Part shown: in pieces, positions 21,285 to 31,928 of the stretch | How the letters are laid out: each line of letters opens with the position of its first letter | Position numbering within the stretch: the first letter of the stretch is position 1 | Source: Trueperaceae bacterium | GTDB lineage: Bacteria; Deinococcota; Deinococci; Deinococcales; Trueperaceae | Reading direction: 5' to 3' | DNA: 64,000 nucleotides | Assembly (NCBI GenBank): GCA_965214405.1 | Contig: OZ243956.1 | Span: 672,001-736,000, forward strand | Translations under genes and position numbers: made by a program | Notes under the pieces: model-generated | What the model saw: the letters and a program-made list of their open reading frames with translations, nothing else | What the model was told of the DNA's origin: nothing | Database searches by the model: none

Positions 21285-22790
21285 TCACTCCTCCCGCAAC
21301 CGCGCCAGCACCCGCTGCATGGATGGTTTGAGCCCCCGCACCTCCACCTCGGCCCCATGCTCTTGGGCCTCATCGGTAAGCTCGGACAGAAGCATCAGGC
21401 TGCTCAGGTCGATGTGGCTCACCCCCGTCACGTCGACGACCGCGTAGGCGACGCCCCCGCGCAAGAGGGTCTGAAACCCCGTCTCCAACTGGTTGGCCGA
21501 GCCGAACCACAGCACGCCCGACAGCGTGAGGGTGAGGACGTCGTCGTCGTAGCGGGCCTGTACGTCCAGGTGACTCTCCGAATAGAGGTGCGCGACCACC
21601 GACAGCGCGACGCCCACAAGCACCGCCACGTCGATGCGCGGCGCTAAAAGAAGGGTGAGCGCAAAGGTGGCGTAGGCGGTGAGCGCTTGCAGCTTCGTGT
21701 AGCGCCACAGCTTGAGGAGCGCACGGGGCTCGAGCAGATTCAACACCGCCCCGATCACCACCGCCGCCAGCACCGCCTTGGGCAGGGGCGCGAGAGAGGC
21801 GGAAAAGGGCAAAAAGGCGAGCACCACCGCGCCGGTGACAAACCCGCTAAAGCGGCTTTTGGCCCCCGCGAGCTTGTTAAGAGACGACCTCGAGAAAGAG
21901 CCTCCTACCGGAAACGCGCCGACGAGCCCTGCGATGAGGTTCGCCGCGCCCTGGCTGACGAACTCCCGGTCGGGCTGCCAGCGCCTGCCGCGCTCGGTCA
22001 AGGTGCGGGCGATGGCGGTGGGCTCGGCAAAGCCCACCACCGCGATGATCGCGCCGCCTAAGAGCAGCGACGGCAGCATCTCCCAGGGAAGCGCCAGCGA
22101 CAGCCGCGGCCACGACGCAGGTACGTTGCCGATGACGGGTCCCGCGTAGCCCGTCCACAGGCTCAGGCCAATTCCGGCGGCGGCGGCCAAGAGCACCCCC
22201 GGAAAGCGCGGCGACAGCCAGCGACCGCCCAGCATCAGGAGGAGCGTCAGCGCGGAAAACAGAAACGCCCCGAGCCGCCATCCGCCCGGATGCATCAGCG
22301 TCCAGCCGAGGTCCGCAAAGATGCCCCCGCGACTCGCCCCGACGCCCAGCGCGGCGGGCACCTGTGAGGCGAGAATCAAGACGGCGGCGGCGGAGGTAAA
22401 GCCTTGCAGCACGGGCTGCGACATAAAGTAGGCGACGCCGCCCAGCCTGAAAACCCCGAGCGCGACGCGCACCACACCCACGACGAGCGCCAGCAGCGCG
22501 GCGGCCCCCACGTAGGCGGGCGACCCGGCGGCGACTACGGAGGACAAAACCCCAAAAGCGAGAATCGAGGTGAGCGCGGTGGGGCCGGTTTGGAGAAAGG
22601 GGCTCGAGGCAAAAACCGCCGCCACAATGGGTGGTAGCGCGGCAGCGTAGAGCCCCAAGGGCGCGGGCACGCCCGCCAACTCAGCGTAGGCCAAGGACTG
22701 CGGGATGAGCACGAACGCCACCGACACGCCTGCGAGAAGGTCACCTAAGAAGCGAGCGCCGGAGCGGGCCGGGGGCGGCTTAGGTTGCAC
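21285..22790 (-). CDS. SulP family anion transporter with STAS domain
   Basis: DLLAGVSV...PQSLAYA, GSFSRS and IDLSSL motifs; start codon uncertain. Confidence 0.92.
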   Translation of the reverse strand: MQPKPPPARSGARFLGDLLAGVSVAFVLIPQSLAYAELAGVPAPLGLYAAALPPIVAAVFASSPFLQTGPTALTSILAFGVLSSVVAAGSPAYVGAAALLALVVGVVRVALGVFRLGGVAYFMSQPVLQGFTSAAAVLILASQVPAALGVGASRGGIFADLGWTLMHPGGWRLGAFLFSALTLLLMLGGRWLSPRFPGVLLAAAAGIGLSLWTGYAGPVIGNVPASWPRLSLALPWEMLPSLLLGGAIIAVVGFAEPTAIARTLTERGRRWQPDREFVSQGAANLIAGLVGAFPVGGSFSRSSLNKLAGAKSRFSGFVTGAVVLAFLPFSASLAPLPKAVLAAVVIGAVLNLLEPRALLKLWRYTKLQALTAYATFALTLLLAPRIDVAVLVGVALSVVAHLYSESHLDVQARYDDDVLTLTLSGVLWFGSANQLETGFQTLLRGGVAYAVVDVTGVSHIDLSSLMLLSELTDEAQEHGAEVEVRGLKPSMQRVLARLREE

Positions 22791-22836
22791 GGGGGAGTGG
22801 TGTGGGGAGGTGGGAGGGTAAGAAAACGGGAGAAGC

Positions 22837-23000
22837 TAGGGGGTGTTTGAAAGGAGCTCGAGTTTCGACAAAAGCCCCCCTTAACAAGGGGGGTTGGGGG
22901 GATTTATCTCTGACCGACTTCGCGGCAAGGTGCAAAGGCAAATCCCCCCTCAGTCCCCCCTTATTAAGGGGGGAGGCAACGAATGTCCAGACACCCTCTA
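22837..23000. mobile_element. MITE-like element, long copy, inverted relative to 21169..21249
   Basis: Terminal inverted repeats TAGGGGGTGTTTG...CAGACACCCTCTA; two C6-N7-G6 hairpins. Confidence 0.75.
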
Positions 23001-23034
23001 CGAGAAACTTCAACACGCGCCCGTCAAGACCCCG

Positions 23035-26000
23035 TCACTTTCCAAAAATATTCGGCAGCTCGTCAAACTCCACTAAGACCTCGCGCGGTTTGGAGCCCAT
23101 GTGCGCGCCCACGACGCCCAAAGCCTCCAAGGAGTCCATGAGCTTGCCCGCCCTCGCGTGCCCCACCGACAGGCGGCGCTGGAGCCGCGACACGCTCGCT
23201 TGGCCCTCGTTGATCACCATTTCGGCGGCGTCGCGCAGCTTGTCGTCTTTCCAGTCGACCATGCCGGTGGCGCTCGAGTCGTCCTCGGGCGCGGGGTCGA
23301 AGTCCGAGCCGTAGGCCTCGACGAAGTCGTCATCGAAAAACTGACGGCGCAGGAACGCCGCGAGCGTCGCCACTTCCGTCTCGTTAAAGTAAGGTCCCTG
23401 GAGGCGCACGGGTTTGGCAAGACCCGGCTGGTAGAAGAGCATGTCGCCCATGCCGGTTAAGCGCTCGGCTCCCATCGTGTCGAGAATCGTGCGCGAGTCG
23501 TGCCCGCTCGAGACCGCGAACGCGACGCGCGCGGGCACGTTCACTTTAATGAGCGAGGTGAGGATGTCCACGCTCGGGCGCTGCGTCGCCAGGACCAAGT
23601 GCATTCCGGTGGCCCGCGCCATCTGCGCCAACCGCATGATGGCGCTTTCGACCTCTTTGGGTGAGGTGATCATCAGGTCGGCCAATTCGTCAATGATAAT
23701 GACGATAAAGGGCATCTCGGGCATGTCGTAAGCGCGCGCCTTGGTGTTGTACTGGTCTAGGTTCTTCGCGCCGATTTTGCTCATCATCTTGTAGCGCCGC
23801 TCCATGTGCGCGACCGCGCCCAGGAGCACGCCCGCCGCGTCGTTGGGGTTGGTCACGACGGGGCGCAAGAGGTGCGGGATGCCGTCGAAAGGCGTCAGCT
23901 CGACCATTTTGGGGTCGATCATGAGAAAGCGCAGCTCGGTCGGCAGGAACTTGTAGAGCAGAGAGCCGACGAGCGTGTTGACCGCGACCGACTTGCCCGA
24001 GCCCGTCGAACCCGCGATGAGCAGGTGGGGCATCTTGGCGAGGTCGCCCACGACCGTCTCGCCGTCGATGCTTTTGCCCAAGACGAGCGGGAGCCGCGCC
24101 TTGGTGCGCCTAAAAGAAGCCGATTCGGCGGCCTCGCGGAACAAAATCAGGTCGCGGTTCGCGTTGGGGACCTCTAGACCAATCACGCTCTTGCCGGGGA
24201 TGGGGGCCTCGATGCGGACGCTGCCCACCGCCATCGCCAAGGCGAGGTCGTCGGAAAGGTTGGCGAAGCGCGAGATTTTTTCGCCGGGGGCGGGCTCGAC
24301 CTCGAAGCGCGTCACGGTGGGGCCGCGCACGCTGGCGACCACCCGACCGGCGAGCTTAAAGTTTGCCAGCGTATCGTCGATTTTAGAAACGCGCGCCGCC
24401 ACCTCGCGCGCCTGCGCCCGCGGGTCCTCGTCGCTCGGCGTGGGCGCGTCCAAAAGTTCTAGACTCGGCAGCGTGAGGGGGATGCCGCCCACCTCGGGCA
24501 GCGCCTCGTCTTCGTCGTCACCCGCGTCACCTTCGTACACGCCGATTTGCGAGCCGATGTCGTCTTGTGGATAAACCGCCACACCCGCCATGTCGTCTTC
24601 TGGATCATCCGAGCCGTCCAGAGTGTAAACCGCCACGTCGTCTCCGTCTGAGGATGGGTCTGAGGAGGTGGCGGGTGGGTAAACGGCCACCGCCGCCCCG
24701 TCTTCCCAGGTACTCTCCCTGTTCTTCTCCCAGCCTCGAGCGCCCCCCTCAGCCCCAGCAAATACCCCCACAGGCGCGCGCCCTCTGTCTCCCTCCCCGT
24801 CTCCATCCTCCACACCGTCAGAAAACGCTTCATCTTCGCCTTCATCCTCACCCGCCAGCGCGTCCGGGACCGGCTCGTGGAGTTTAAGCTCCACCTCGAC
24901 CAGGGCCTGCCGCCACCCTTCAAACCGCCCCAGCGCGTCCCGACCGTCCTCGCCAAACTCCTTGACGAGCGCGTCGCCGTAGGCAACAAGTTCAGCCCGC
25001 TCGCCAAACGCGTTGGTCAGCCGGAGCACCTTATGGTTGAGCGTGCGCCAGGGCAAGAGCGCCTCCGCGTCCTCCTCCAATCCCTCCGCCGCTTCGACCA
25101 CGCCCTTGTACCCCGCCACCCGCGCGTGGTGACCCTCGAAAGCCCCAGCCAGCGCGCGCGGCCCGATACCGTCGAGCGACGCTTCGGCGGCGTCGCGTTC
25201 GCGCGTGAGGCGGTGGTAGCGTTCCTCCAACGCCGTGAGGTCGAGCGCCAGCGTTTTGCGAACCGTGTCGAGCGCCAAGGAGGTGCGTACGGGTTCGTCG
25301 ACGGGGTCGTCCAAAGACGCGCCGATGTCTCCCACCCAGCCCTCAAAGTCCTCAATGCCCTCGCCCTTTAAGTGATGACGGAGTTCGTTCGCGCGGTCCA
25401 GGGTAAAGTCGCTTACCGCGTCCCGCCACGCGCCCAGGTCTGCCTGCACGTCGGCGAGAGTGCCTTCGTCGGTTTTGCCCTTGAGGCGTTCTCGAGAGGT
25501 CTCGACCGACTTGCGCCAGCGGCCCAGCTCGGCGGAGCCGGGGTAGAGCTTGCGAAGCGCATCTAAGTCTTTGTCGAGTTCGCGTAGCGACTTTCGCGTG
25601 AGCGCCACGTCCGCGCCGAAGGCCGCACGTTCCTTGAGCTTGCGGCGGCCCTCGAGCGCCCCCCGCCACCCGCGCTGCACCCCCCGCACGCCGCCGCGAA
25701 GGCCCGTCCTCGAGATGTGCGTGGGCCGCCAGGCCAAGACGAGTTCAACGCCCAAGGTCACGATGAGAAACGCGACCAAGTACGCCAGCCAGCCCGTCCG
25801 GGGCGCGACGAGGCGGCGCAGCGCCAGCCCCCAGCTCCCGCTCGCCGCCGGGTTGAGGAGCATCACAAACAGCCACAGCCCGAACGCCACCACGCCGTAA
25901 CCCGCCAGCACCCGCGGCCAGCCCTTGGGCGAGCGCCGCAGGAGAAAAAAAGAGCCCAGCAACAGAAACGGCCAGGGCAGCGCGTAAGCCCCCCAGCCGA

Positions 26001-26172
26001 CGCTCCCAAAAAGCGCGCCCCGAAACGCGCGCCCCAAGTCGCCCGTCGGCAACGCGGGGACGAGCATCCCCAAAATGAAGATGCCGACCGCCAGCAGCAC
26101 CAGGCCGATGGCCTCTAAATCGAGCTGACCCTTCTTTCCTTTTTTCTTACGCGTTGTTCTCTGTCTCGCCAC
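23035..26172 (-). CDS. ftsK: DNA translocase FtsK/SpoIIIE
   Basis: N-terminal TM segments, [28 protein letters not shown] and a gamma domain. Confidence 0.96.
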   Translation of the reverse strand: MARQRTTRKKKGKKGQLDLEAIGLVLLAVGIFILGMLVPALPTGDLGRAFRGALFGSVGWGAYALPWPFLLLGSFFLLRRSPKGWPRVLAGYGVVAFGLWLFVMLLNPAASGSWGLALRRLVAPRTGWLAYLVAFLIVTLGVELVLAWRPTHISRTGLRGGVRGVQRGWRGALEGRRKLKERAAFGADVALTRKSLRELDKDLDALRKLYPGSAELGRWRKSVETSRERLKGKTDEGTLADVQADLGAWRDAVSDFTLDRANELRHHLKGEGIEDFEGWVGDIGASLDDPVDEPVRTSLALDTVRKTLALDLTALEERYHRLTRERDAAEASLDGIGPRALAGAFEGHHARVAGYKGVVEAAEGLEEDAEALLPWRTLNHKVLRLTNAFGERAELVAYGDALVKEFGEDGRDALGRFEGWRQALVEVELKLHEPVPDALAGEDEGEDEAFSDGVEDGDGEGDRGRAPVGVFAGAEGGARGWEKNRESTWEDGAAVAVYPPATSSDPSSDGDDVAVYTLDGSDDPEDDMAGVAVYPQDDIGSQIGVYEGDAGDDEDEALPEVGGIPLTLPSLELLDAPTPSDEDPRAQAREVAARVSKIDDTLANFKLAGRVVASVRGPTVTRFEVEPAPGEKISRFANLSDDLALAMAVGSVRIEAPIPGKSVIGLEVPNANRDLILFREAAESASFRRTKARLPLVLGKSIDGETVVGDLAKMPHLLIAGSTGSGKSVAVNTLVGSLLYKFLPTELRFLMIDPKMVELTPFDGIPHLLRPVVTNPNDAAGVLLGAVAHMERRYKMMSKIGAKNLDQYNTKARAYDMPEMPFIVIIIDELADLMITSPKEVESAIMRLAQMARATGMHLVLATQRPSVDILTSLIKVNVPARVAFAVSSGHDSRTILDTMGAERLTGMGDMLFYQPGLAKPVRLQGPYFNETEVATLAAFLRRQFFDDDFVEAYGSDFDPAPEDDSSATGMVDWKDDKLRDAAEMVINEGQASVSRLQRRLSVGHARAGKLMDSLEALGVVGAHMGSKPREVLVEFDELPNIFGK

Positions 26173-26295
26173 GTTCCTAGTTTACCCAATGCGGCGCGTG
26201 AGGGTGAGGCGGTGGAGAAGTGGAGAGATAGGGTGGTGGGGAGATGGGGAGCAGAGGAGCATTTACACTCCATCTTCCCCCTCCCTACTTCCTAC

Positions 26296-27672
26296 TCAAC
26301 TACCTGCGCGCTTCTTGGAGTTTACAGGCGCTTCCGGCGCGCTTTCGGGAGGGTCAGGCGGGGCAGGTTCGGGCGGGGCGGTTTTGGGTGGAGCAGGATA
26401 AACGGCGGGGGGTCTGGGGGTAAAAGGCCGGGGTATAAAAGATTGGCGTTTGGGCGCTCGAGGCGCAGAAGGCTGAGCGGTCTGGGGCGTGTCGTCCTCC
26501 CACACCACCGCATTTGCTTCCTGGTAGGCGGGGCGTCTGAGAAGGTACTCCTCCAAAATCACCTTGACGAGCGCGACCACGGGCACCGCCAGGAGCGCCC
26601 CGACGAGCCCAAACAGCCCCGCACCCGCGAGAATTGCCAGGAGCACGGTGACGGGGTGCAAATTGGTGGACTTGGACAAAATAAAGGGCGACAAGATGTT
26701 GCCCTCGATCTGATTGGCGACGATAAACACCACCACCGCCAGGAGCGCGGTAAGAGGACTCACGGTAAAGCCCAGAATCACCGCCGGAATCACGCCGATG
26801 ATGGGTCCTAAGTAGGGCACGAGGTTGAAGATCGCCGCGAGAAAGCTTATCGCCTCGGCGAGAGGCACCCCGACGATTCTGAGGCCGACCCACACGAACA
26901 CGCCCAAAATGGCGGTAATGAGCAGTTGCCCGCGCAAGTAGCCGCCCACCGCCATATCGGCCTTGGCGATGAGGTCGTTGTAGAGGGGTCGCCAGCGGAC
27001 CGGCACGTAGCGCCTAAAGTTGGCGGTAAAGCGCGGGAAATCGTACAGAAAGTAGGCGCTCGTGAGCAAAATGAGCACGACTTGTGTGGTGGTCGATAAA
27101 ATGCTGGTTGCGCCCGTGAGCAAGACGCCCGGCCCGTCCGTGGCGACGCGCCGCAGCACGCTGTTGAGGCTCACCGCCGTGCGCTCCAGAAAGGCCGCGA
27201 CCTGCTCCTGTATCCTCAAACCGAGGTCGTTCCCGTTGGGGTCGATGCCAAAGCGGTTGGACAAAACGTCGGGCAGATTCTCCTGCCAGCTCGAAACCCG
27301 CACCGCCGTCCGCTCGATAAAAGGCGCGATATCGTTCTGGATCGCGCTCGGAACACGCCGCACAAACTCGCCCGTCTGCACGATCACTTGGCTCAGCAGC
27401 ACCGAGCCGAGCACCGCGAGCAAGAGCAGCACGATGTAAATGATCACCACCGCGAGCGAGCGCCCGATGCGCAAGCGCCCCAGGAGCCCGACAACAGGAT
27501 TTAAGATGTACGCCACCACGAAGCCGACGATGGCGACCTGAACCGCAAAGGCCGCGCCGCGCCCGTAAGTAAAGAGCACGAACAAGACGAAAATTGCGAG
27601 CAAGATATAGGTGAGCGCGCGCACCCAGGGGCTGCGCCAGATGATTTCGATGGCGGTCACGTTTTTGGGCAT
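26296..27672 (-). CDS. AI-2E family transporter
   Basis: AYILNPVV, GGYLRGQL, PYLGP and LHPVTVL motifs. Confidence 0.9.
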   Translation of the reverse strand: MPKNVTAIEIIWRSPWVRALTYILLAIFVLFVLFTYGRGAAFAVQVAIVGFVVAYILNPVVGLLGRLRIGRSLAVVIIYIVLLLLAVLGSVLLSQVIVQTGEFVRRVPSAIQNDIAPFIERTAVRVSSWQENLPDVLSNRFGIDPNGNDLGLRIQEQVAAFLERTAVSLNSVLRRVATDGPGVLLTGATSILSTTTQVVLILLTSAYFLYDFPRFTANFRRYVPVRWRPLYNDLIAKADMAVGGYLRGQLLITAILGVFVWVGLRIVGVPLAEAISFLAAIFNLVPYLGPIIGVIPAVILGFTVSPLTALLAVVVFIVANQIEGNILSPFILSKSTNLHPVTVLLAILAGAGLFGLVGALLAVPVVALVKVILEEYLLRRPAYQEANAVVWEDDTPQTAQPSAPRAPKRQSFIPRPFTPRPPAVYPAPPKTAPPEPAPPDPPESAPEAPVNSKKRAGS

Positions 27673-27716
27673 TAGAGGGCGCACACCTTGGGGGCTCGAG
27701 CCCCTGTTTTCACTTT

Positions 27717-27785
27717 ATCTTTAGGTATGGCCTCATCTTTAGGTATGGCCCCTATAACAGGTGTGGCCACTACAGGTGTGACTAC
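27717..27785. repeat. Short degenerate tandem duplications
   Basis: ATCTTTAGGTATGGCC twice (18-nt period), then ACAGGTGTG twice (15-nt period). Confidence 0.7.
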
Positions 27786-28066
27786 AAAAAGTACAAGAAA
27801 GGAGCGCCCGCACCGAAAGGTCAAAGTTAGGGCCATCACGAAAGGGAGTTTAGCACAGCGGCGCGGCCCTTCTGAAGACAACTCGCGTCGGCAGGACTAC
27901 CGCAACGCCGGGTCCAGCGCGCGAGCAGCGCGGGATATCAACCTCTCATACTTGACTCTATCCCTGCGATTTTGAGGTAGCCCCGACTCCTTTGCTGTAC
28001 AAATCCGCTGTACAAATTTGCAGTACAAACGGTGATGCGCGTGAAAAGGTCTGCTATCGTTGAGAC

Positions 28067-29275
28067 ATGACCAGCACTCTGACCAACCCCACCACAACCG
28101 CCGACAATACCCTCTGGTTCGAACTCAGCGCGGACCAGAAAGCACTTATCGGACCCTTGCGCGACTTTTTACATTCCGAAGTGGCCCCAGGCGCGCAAGA
28201 GCGCGACAAGACGGGCGAGTTTCCCCACGACCTCGTCAAGCAACTTGGCGAACTCGGCGTGATGGGGATGCAGGTGCCGGAGCAGTACGGCGGTGCGGCC
28301 TTGGACACCGCCACGATGGCGCGCATTATCGAAGAGATTGCCGCGGTGGACGGCTCCTTATGCCTCACCGTCGCCTCGCACAACTCGCTCTGCACGGGTC
28401 ACCTGATGATTGCGGGGAACGAAAACCAGAAGGCCGAGTTTGTGCCCGCGTTGGCTCGAGGCGAGAAACTCGGCGCGTGGGGCCTCACCGAACCGGGCTC
28501 GGGCTCGGACGCCGCGGCGATGAAGAGCAGGGCGGACGACAAGGGTGACCACTTCGTCCTCAACGGCTCCAAAATTTTTATCACCCAGGGCACCGTCGGC
28601 GGCACCTATGTGATCGTCGCCCGCACCGACGCCCCGCGCGAGGACCGCTCGGCGGCGGACGGCATCAGCGCCTTCGTGTTTGACGGTGACGCGCCGGGAC
28701 TCGTGCGCGGCAAGCCGGAGGAGAAGCTGGGCCTGCACGCGTCGGACACGACGCCGCTGACGTTTGAAAATATCGAGATTCCTAAAGACAACCTTGTTGG
28801 AAAACGCGGCGGGGGCTTCAAAGACGTGATGGCCGTACTTGACGGCGGGCGCATCGGCATCGGGGCGATGGGCATCGGCTTGGGGCGGGGGGCTTTAGAG
28901 ATTGCCGCGAAGTACGCCCTCGAGCGCGAGCAGTTCGGCAAGCCCATCGCCAGCAACCAAGGCGTAAGTTTCAAGCTTGCCGAGATGGCGACGGAGTTGG
29001 AGGCCGCCCGCTTGTTGGTCCTCAAGGCCGCCGCGCTCAAAGACGCGGGCCGCGACTACGTGGTGGCCGCCTCGCAGGCCAAACTCACGGGCAGCGTCGC
29101 GGGGGTCAAGGCCTGCGACCACGCGATTCAGATTTTGGGCGGCTACGGTTACATCAGAGAGTACGAAGTCGAGCGCATGTGGCGCGACGCCAGACTCACC
29201 CGCATCGGCGAGGGGACGGACGAGATACAGCACTTGATTATCTCGAGGGAGTACCTCAAACAGTTTAGGGGGTAA
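28067..29275 (+). CDS. Acyl-CoA dehydrogenase
   Basis: [27 protein letters not shown] and GEGTDEIQ motifs. Confidence 0.95.
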   Translation: MTSTLTNPTTTADNTLWFELSADQKALIGPLRDFLHSEVAPGAQERDKTGEFPHDLVKQLGELGVMGMQVPEQYGGAALDTATMARIIEEIAAVDGSLCLTVASHNSLCTGHLMIAGNENQKAEFVPALARGEKLGAWGLTEPGSGSDAAAMKSRADDKGDHFVLNGSKIFITQGTVGGTYVIVARTDAPREDRSAADGISAFVFDGDAPGLVRGKPEEKLGLHASDTTPLTFENIEIPKDNLVGKRGGGFKDVMAVLDGGRIGIGAMGIGLGRGALEIAAKYALEREQFGKPIASNQGVSFKLAEMATELEAARLLVLKAAALKDAGRDYVVAASQAKLTGSVAGVKACDHAIQILGGYGYIREYEVERMWRDARLTRIGEGTDEIQHLIISREYLKQFRG

Positions 29276-29287
29276 GTATTCCCCGTT

Positions 29288-29797
29288 CTAGCGCTCAGAT
29301 TGTAACCACTGCGCCACCGCCTCGGCATCCTCACGCGGAGTTTGACTCCCGACCGGAATACGGGCGTGACTCGAGCGCCTAAGACTCGCGGCGTAAGCAA
29401 GCTCGTCGGCGACGCTGGCGTCTGTTTCCCCCCGCGCCCGCAGCCGGTGGGCAAGGGCGTCGTTCGGGCAATCGAGATAGGCACATCTGAGCCGCGTGGT
29501 GCTTAGGGAACCCTGAAAATCGTCGGGCGTGGCTGGCCCGCACAAAACGACGTCATGTCCTCCGGCCAATACCGCCCCGACAACCGCAGCCCACGTCGCC
29601 CGTAGACCCTCCCAGGTCGAAGGGTCAGTGTTGACGTTCTTTCCCGCCGCGGCGGAGACGCCCGGAATAATCGAGTCCCAGTCGAAAACGACGCAGTCGG
29701 GGAGCAGTCGGACGAGATGCGGCACCAGCGAGGTCTTGCCCGCTCCCCAGGGTCCGGTGACCAGGTGTAGTGCTGCCGCTCTTTCTCGTAACGCCAT
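29288..29797 (-). CDS. Small P-loop kinase-like protein
   Basis: VTGPWGAGKTS and VFDWD motifs. Confidence 0.75.
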   Translation of the reverse strand: MALRERAAALHLVTGPWGAGKTSLVPHLVRLLPDCVVFDWDSIIPGVSAAAGKNVNTDPSTWEGLRATWAAVVGAVLAGGHDVVLCGPATPDDFQGSLSTTRLRCAYLDCPNDALAHRLRARGETDASVADELAYAASLRRSSHARIPVGSQTPREDAEAVAQWLQSER

Positions 29798-29822
29798 AAA
29801 CCTCTCGCATTCTCAACCTGAT

Positions 29823-31928
29823 TCAGCTATAGAACCCGCTCTCGAGCTTTTCCTTAAGAATGTCGGCAGGTTTGAAGCGTGCGCCGTGGGTGTGCTCGAG
29901 TTCTGAAAGCGTCCCTACCACCTCCCCCAACCCGCGCGCGTTCATGTACCAAAAGGGGCCACCCAAAAACGGCGGGAAGCCGAGACCAAACACCGCCCCC
30001 ACATCACCGTCGGTGGGTGAGGCGATAACGCCCTCCTCTAAACAGCGCGCCGCCTCGTTCATCATCATGAAAGCCAGGCGGTCCTGGATGAGCTTGGGAG
30101 GAAGCGTTTTGCGCAACGGACCGCCGAAGAAAGCGTAAATGTCGGTGTTCACCTCTTTATCTTCGGATTTGCCGCCTTCGTACTTGTAGAAACCCTTTTT
30201 GTTCTTGCGTCCCTTGTAGCCCGCCTCGACAACTTCTTTTCCGGCTCGGCTTGGTTGAACGCCCCGGGTCTCAAAAAAGTCACGCATCACCTCGGTGATT
30301 TTGGCTCCCACGTTGATGCCGACCTCGTCCAAAAGCGTTAAAGGCCCCACGGGAAAGCCGAACGCCCGCATCGCCCGGTCAATCTGCGCGATGTCCCCGC
30401 CCTCTTCCAACAGCCCCAGCGCCTCGTTCATATAGGCCGCCAAGATGCGCGTGGTGTAGAAACCGGGCGCGTCGTTCACAACGATAACCGTCTTGCCCTG
30501 TTTAAGACCCACCGCAAAGGCGGTTCCCAGCACCCAGTCGGGCGTGCGGTCAGTCTTGACAATTTCCAAGAGAGGAATCTTCTGCGCGGGCGAGAAATAA
30601 TGCATCCCCACCACCCGCTCCGGGTGCGCCGCCTCCGCCGCAATCTGCCCCACGGGAATCGACGAGGTGTTGGTGGCGAAGATGAAGTTGTCATTCACCG
30701 CCTCGAGTTCCCCCAACACGCTGCGTTTGAGATCTAAGTCCTCGAGCACCGCCTCAATCACCACCTCAGCCTCACCAAAGGGCGTGTAGTCCTCCACAGG
30801 CATCACCCGCTCCGCCGTTTGGTCGCGCTCAAAGGTTGACATGCCTTTGCCGACGCGCTTGCTAAGGCCCTCCCACACCTTTTTCTTGCCCGCAGCGGCG
30901 AGTGCCAAATCGCGGTCTTTGAGGAGCACGTCGTAACCGCCTGCGGCGCTGATTTGCGCGATACCCGCGCCCATGAGCCCTGCGCCCAGCACGCCAACCG
31001 TTTCAACCTCGCGCGCCTCCGTTTTGTAGGGGTTCTTCTCCGCGGCATTTTTGGCGAAGAAGAGGTGGATGAGGGCTTTCGACTGAGGCGTAAAAAGAAG
31101 CTCGCTGAAACCTCGGCGCTCGGCCTCGAGCCCCGACTCAAACCCCCGCTCCTGCCCTATCCGCACGCAGTCGATGATTTTTAGGGGCGCGGGGTAGTGG
31201 CCTCCGGTGCGCTCCTGCACGCTTTTCTCGGCTTGTTGATAGACGACGCGGCTTAAGGGGGTGCGTTCTAACAACCTGTCTCGCCACGAGAGCGCGTCGC
31301 GTCCGGTCTCGAGGTCTCCCTTGGCAAGTTCGCGCGCCGCCTGCTTAGCCGCTTCTAAAAGACCTTGCGGGTGAATGGTCGCGTCTACTAAACCCATCTT
31401 CCGCGCGGGCTTGGGGTAAACACTCTTCCCGGTCAACATGATGTCCAGCGCCTTTTGCACCCCCACCAGACGCGTCAGGCGCTGCGTGCCGCCCAGACCC
31501 GGCAGGAGGCCCAGATTCACCTCGGGTAAGGAGAGCTTGGTTTTGGGATGCGTGCTCACCAAACGGTAGGAGCAGGCCATCGCCAGCTCGAGCCCGCCCC
31601 CCGCCGCCGCGCCGTGAACCGCCGCGACGACGGGTTTACGCAAACCTTCCAGACGGTTAAAGAGCGCGTGCCCCTCACGGATGACCGCCCCGGCCTCGGC
31701 AGGGGTGGCGAAGTCCTTGAACGCTTCGATGTCCGCGCCGACGATGAACGAATCTTTCTTACGGGACACGAGTACGGCGGCCTCTATATCGGAATCGTTC
31801 TCGAGCGTGTCCAGCAACCTCGAAAAATCATCCAGCATCCCCGTCGTGAGCTTGTTGACCCGCTCGCCCGGCGTGTCGAGCCAGATGACGGCAATGTTCC
31901 CGTCGCGCTCGAGTTCCACCCCGCTCAC
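29823..31928 (-). CDS. fadJ: Fatty-acid oxidation complex alpha subunit (enoyl-CoA hydratase / 3-hydroxyacyl-CoA dehydrogenase)
   Basis: GGGLELA, LPEV.LGLLPG, GAGLMGAGIA, TNTSS and GMHYFSP motifs. Confidence 0.9.
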   Translation of the reverse strand: MSGVELERDGNIAVIWLDTPGERVNKLTTGMLDDFSRLLDTLENDSDIEAAVLVSRKKDSFIVGADIEAFKDFATPAEAGAVIREGHALFNRLEGLRKPVVAAVHGAAAGGGLELAMACSYRLVSTHPKTKLSLPEVNLGLLPGLGGTQRLTRLVGVQKALDIMLTGKSVYPKPARKMGLVDATIHPQGLLEAAKQAARELAKGDLETGRDALSWRDRLLERTPLSRVVYQQAEKSVQERTGGHYPAPLKIIDCVRIGQERGFESGLEAERRGFSELLFTPQSKALIHLFFAKNAAEKNPYKTEAREVETVGVLGAGLMGAGIAQISAAGGYDVLLKDRDLALAAAGKKKVWEGLSKRVGKGMSTFERDQTAERVMPVEDYTPFGEAEVVIEAVLEDLDLKRSVLGELEAVNDNFIFATNTSSIPVGQIAAEAAHPERVVGMHYFSPAQKIPLLEIVKTDRTPDWVLGTAFAVGLKQGKTVIVVNDAPGFYTTRILAAYMNEALGLLEEGGDIAQIDRAMRAFGFPVGPLTLLDEVGINVGAKITEVMRDFFETRGVQPSRAGKEVVEAGYKGRKNKKGFYKYEGGKSEDKEVNTDIYAFFGGPLRKTLPPKLIQDRLAFMMMNEAARCLEEGVIASPTDGDVGAVFGLGFPPFLGGPFWYMNARGLGEVVGTLSELEHTHGARFKPADILKEKLESGFYS

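Noticed and set aside
22780..23076. Short ORFs over the poly-C/poly-G region (PLNKGG-type peptides)
   Set aside because: They are translations of the MITE hairpins, not credible genes.
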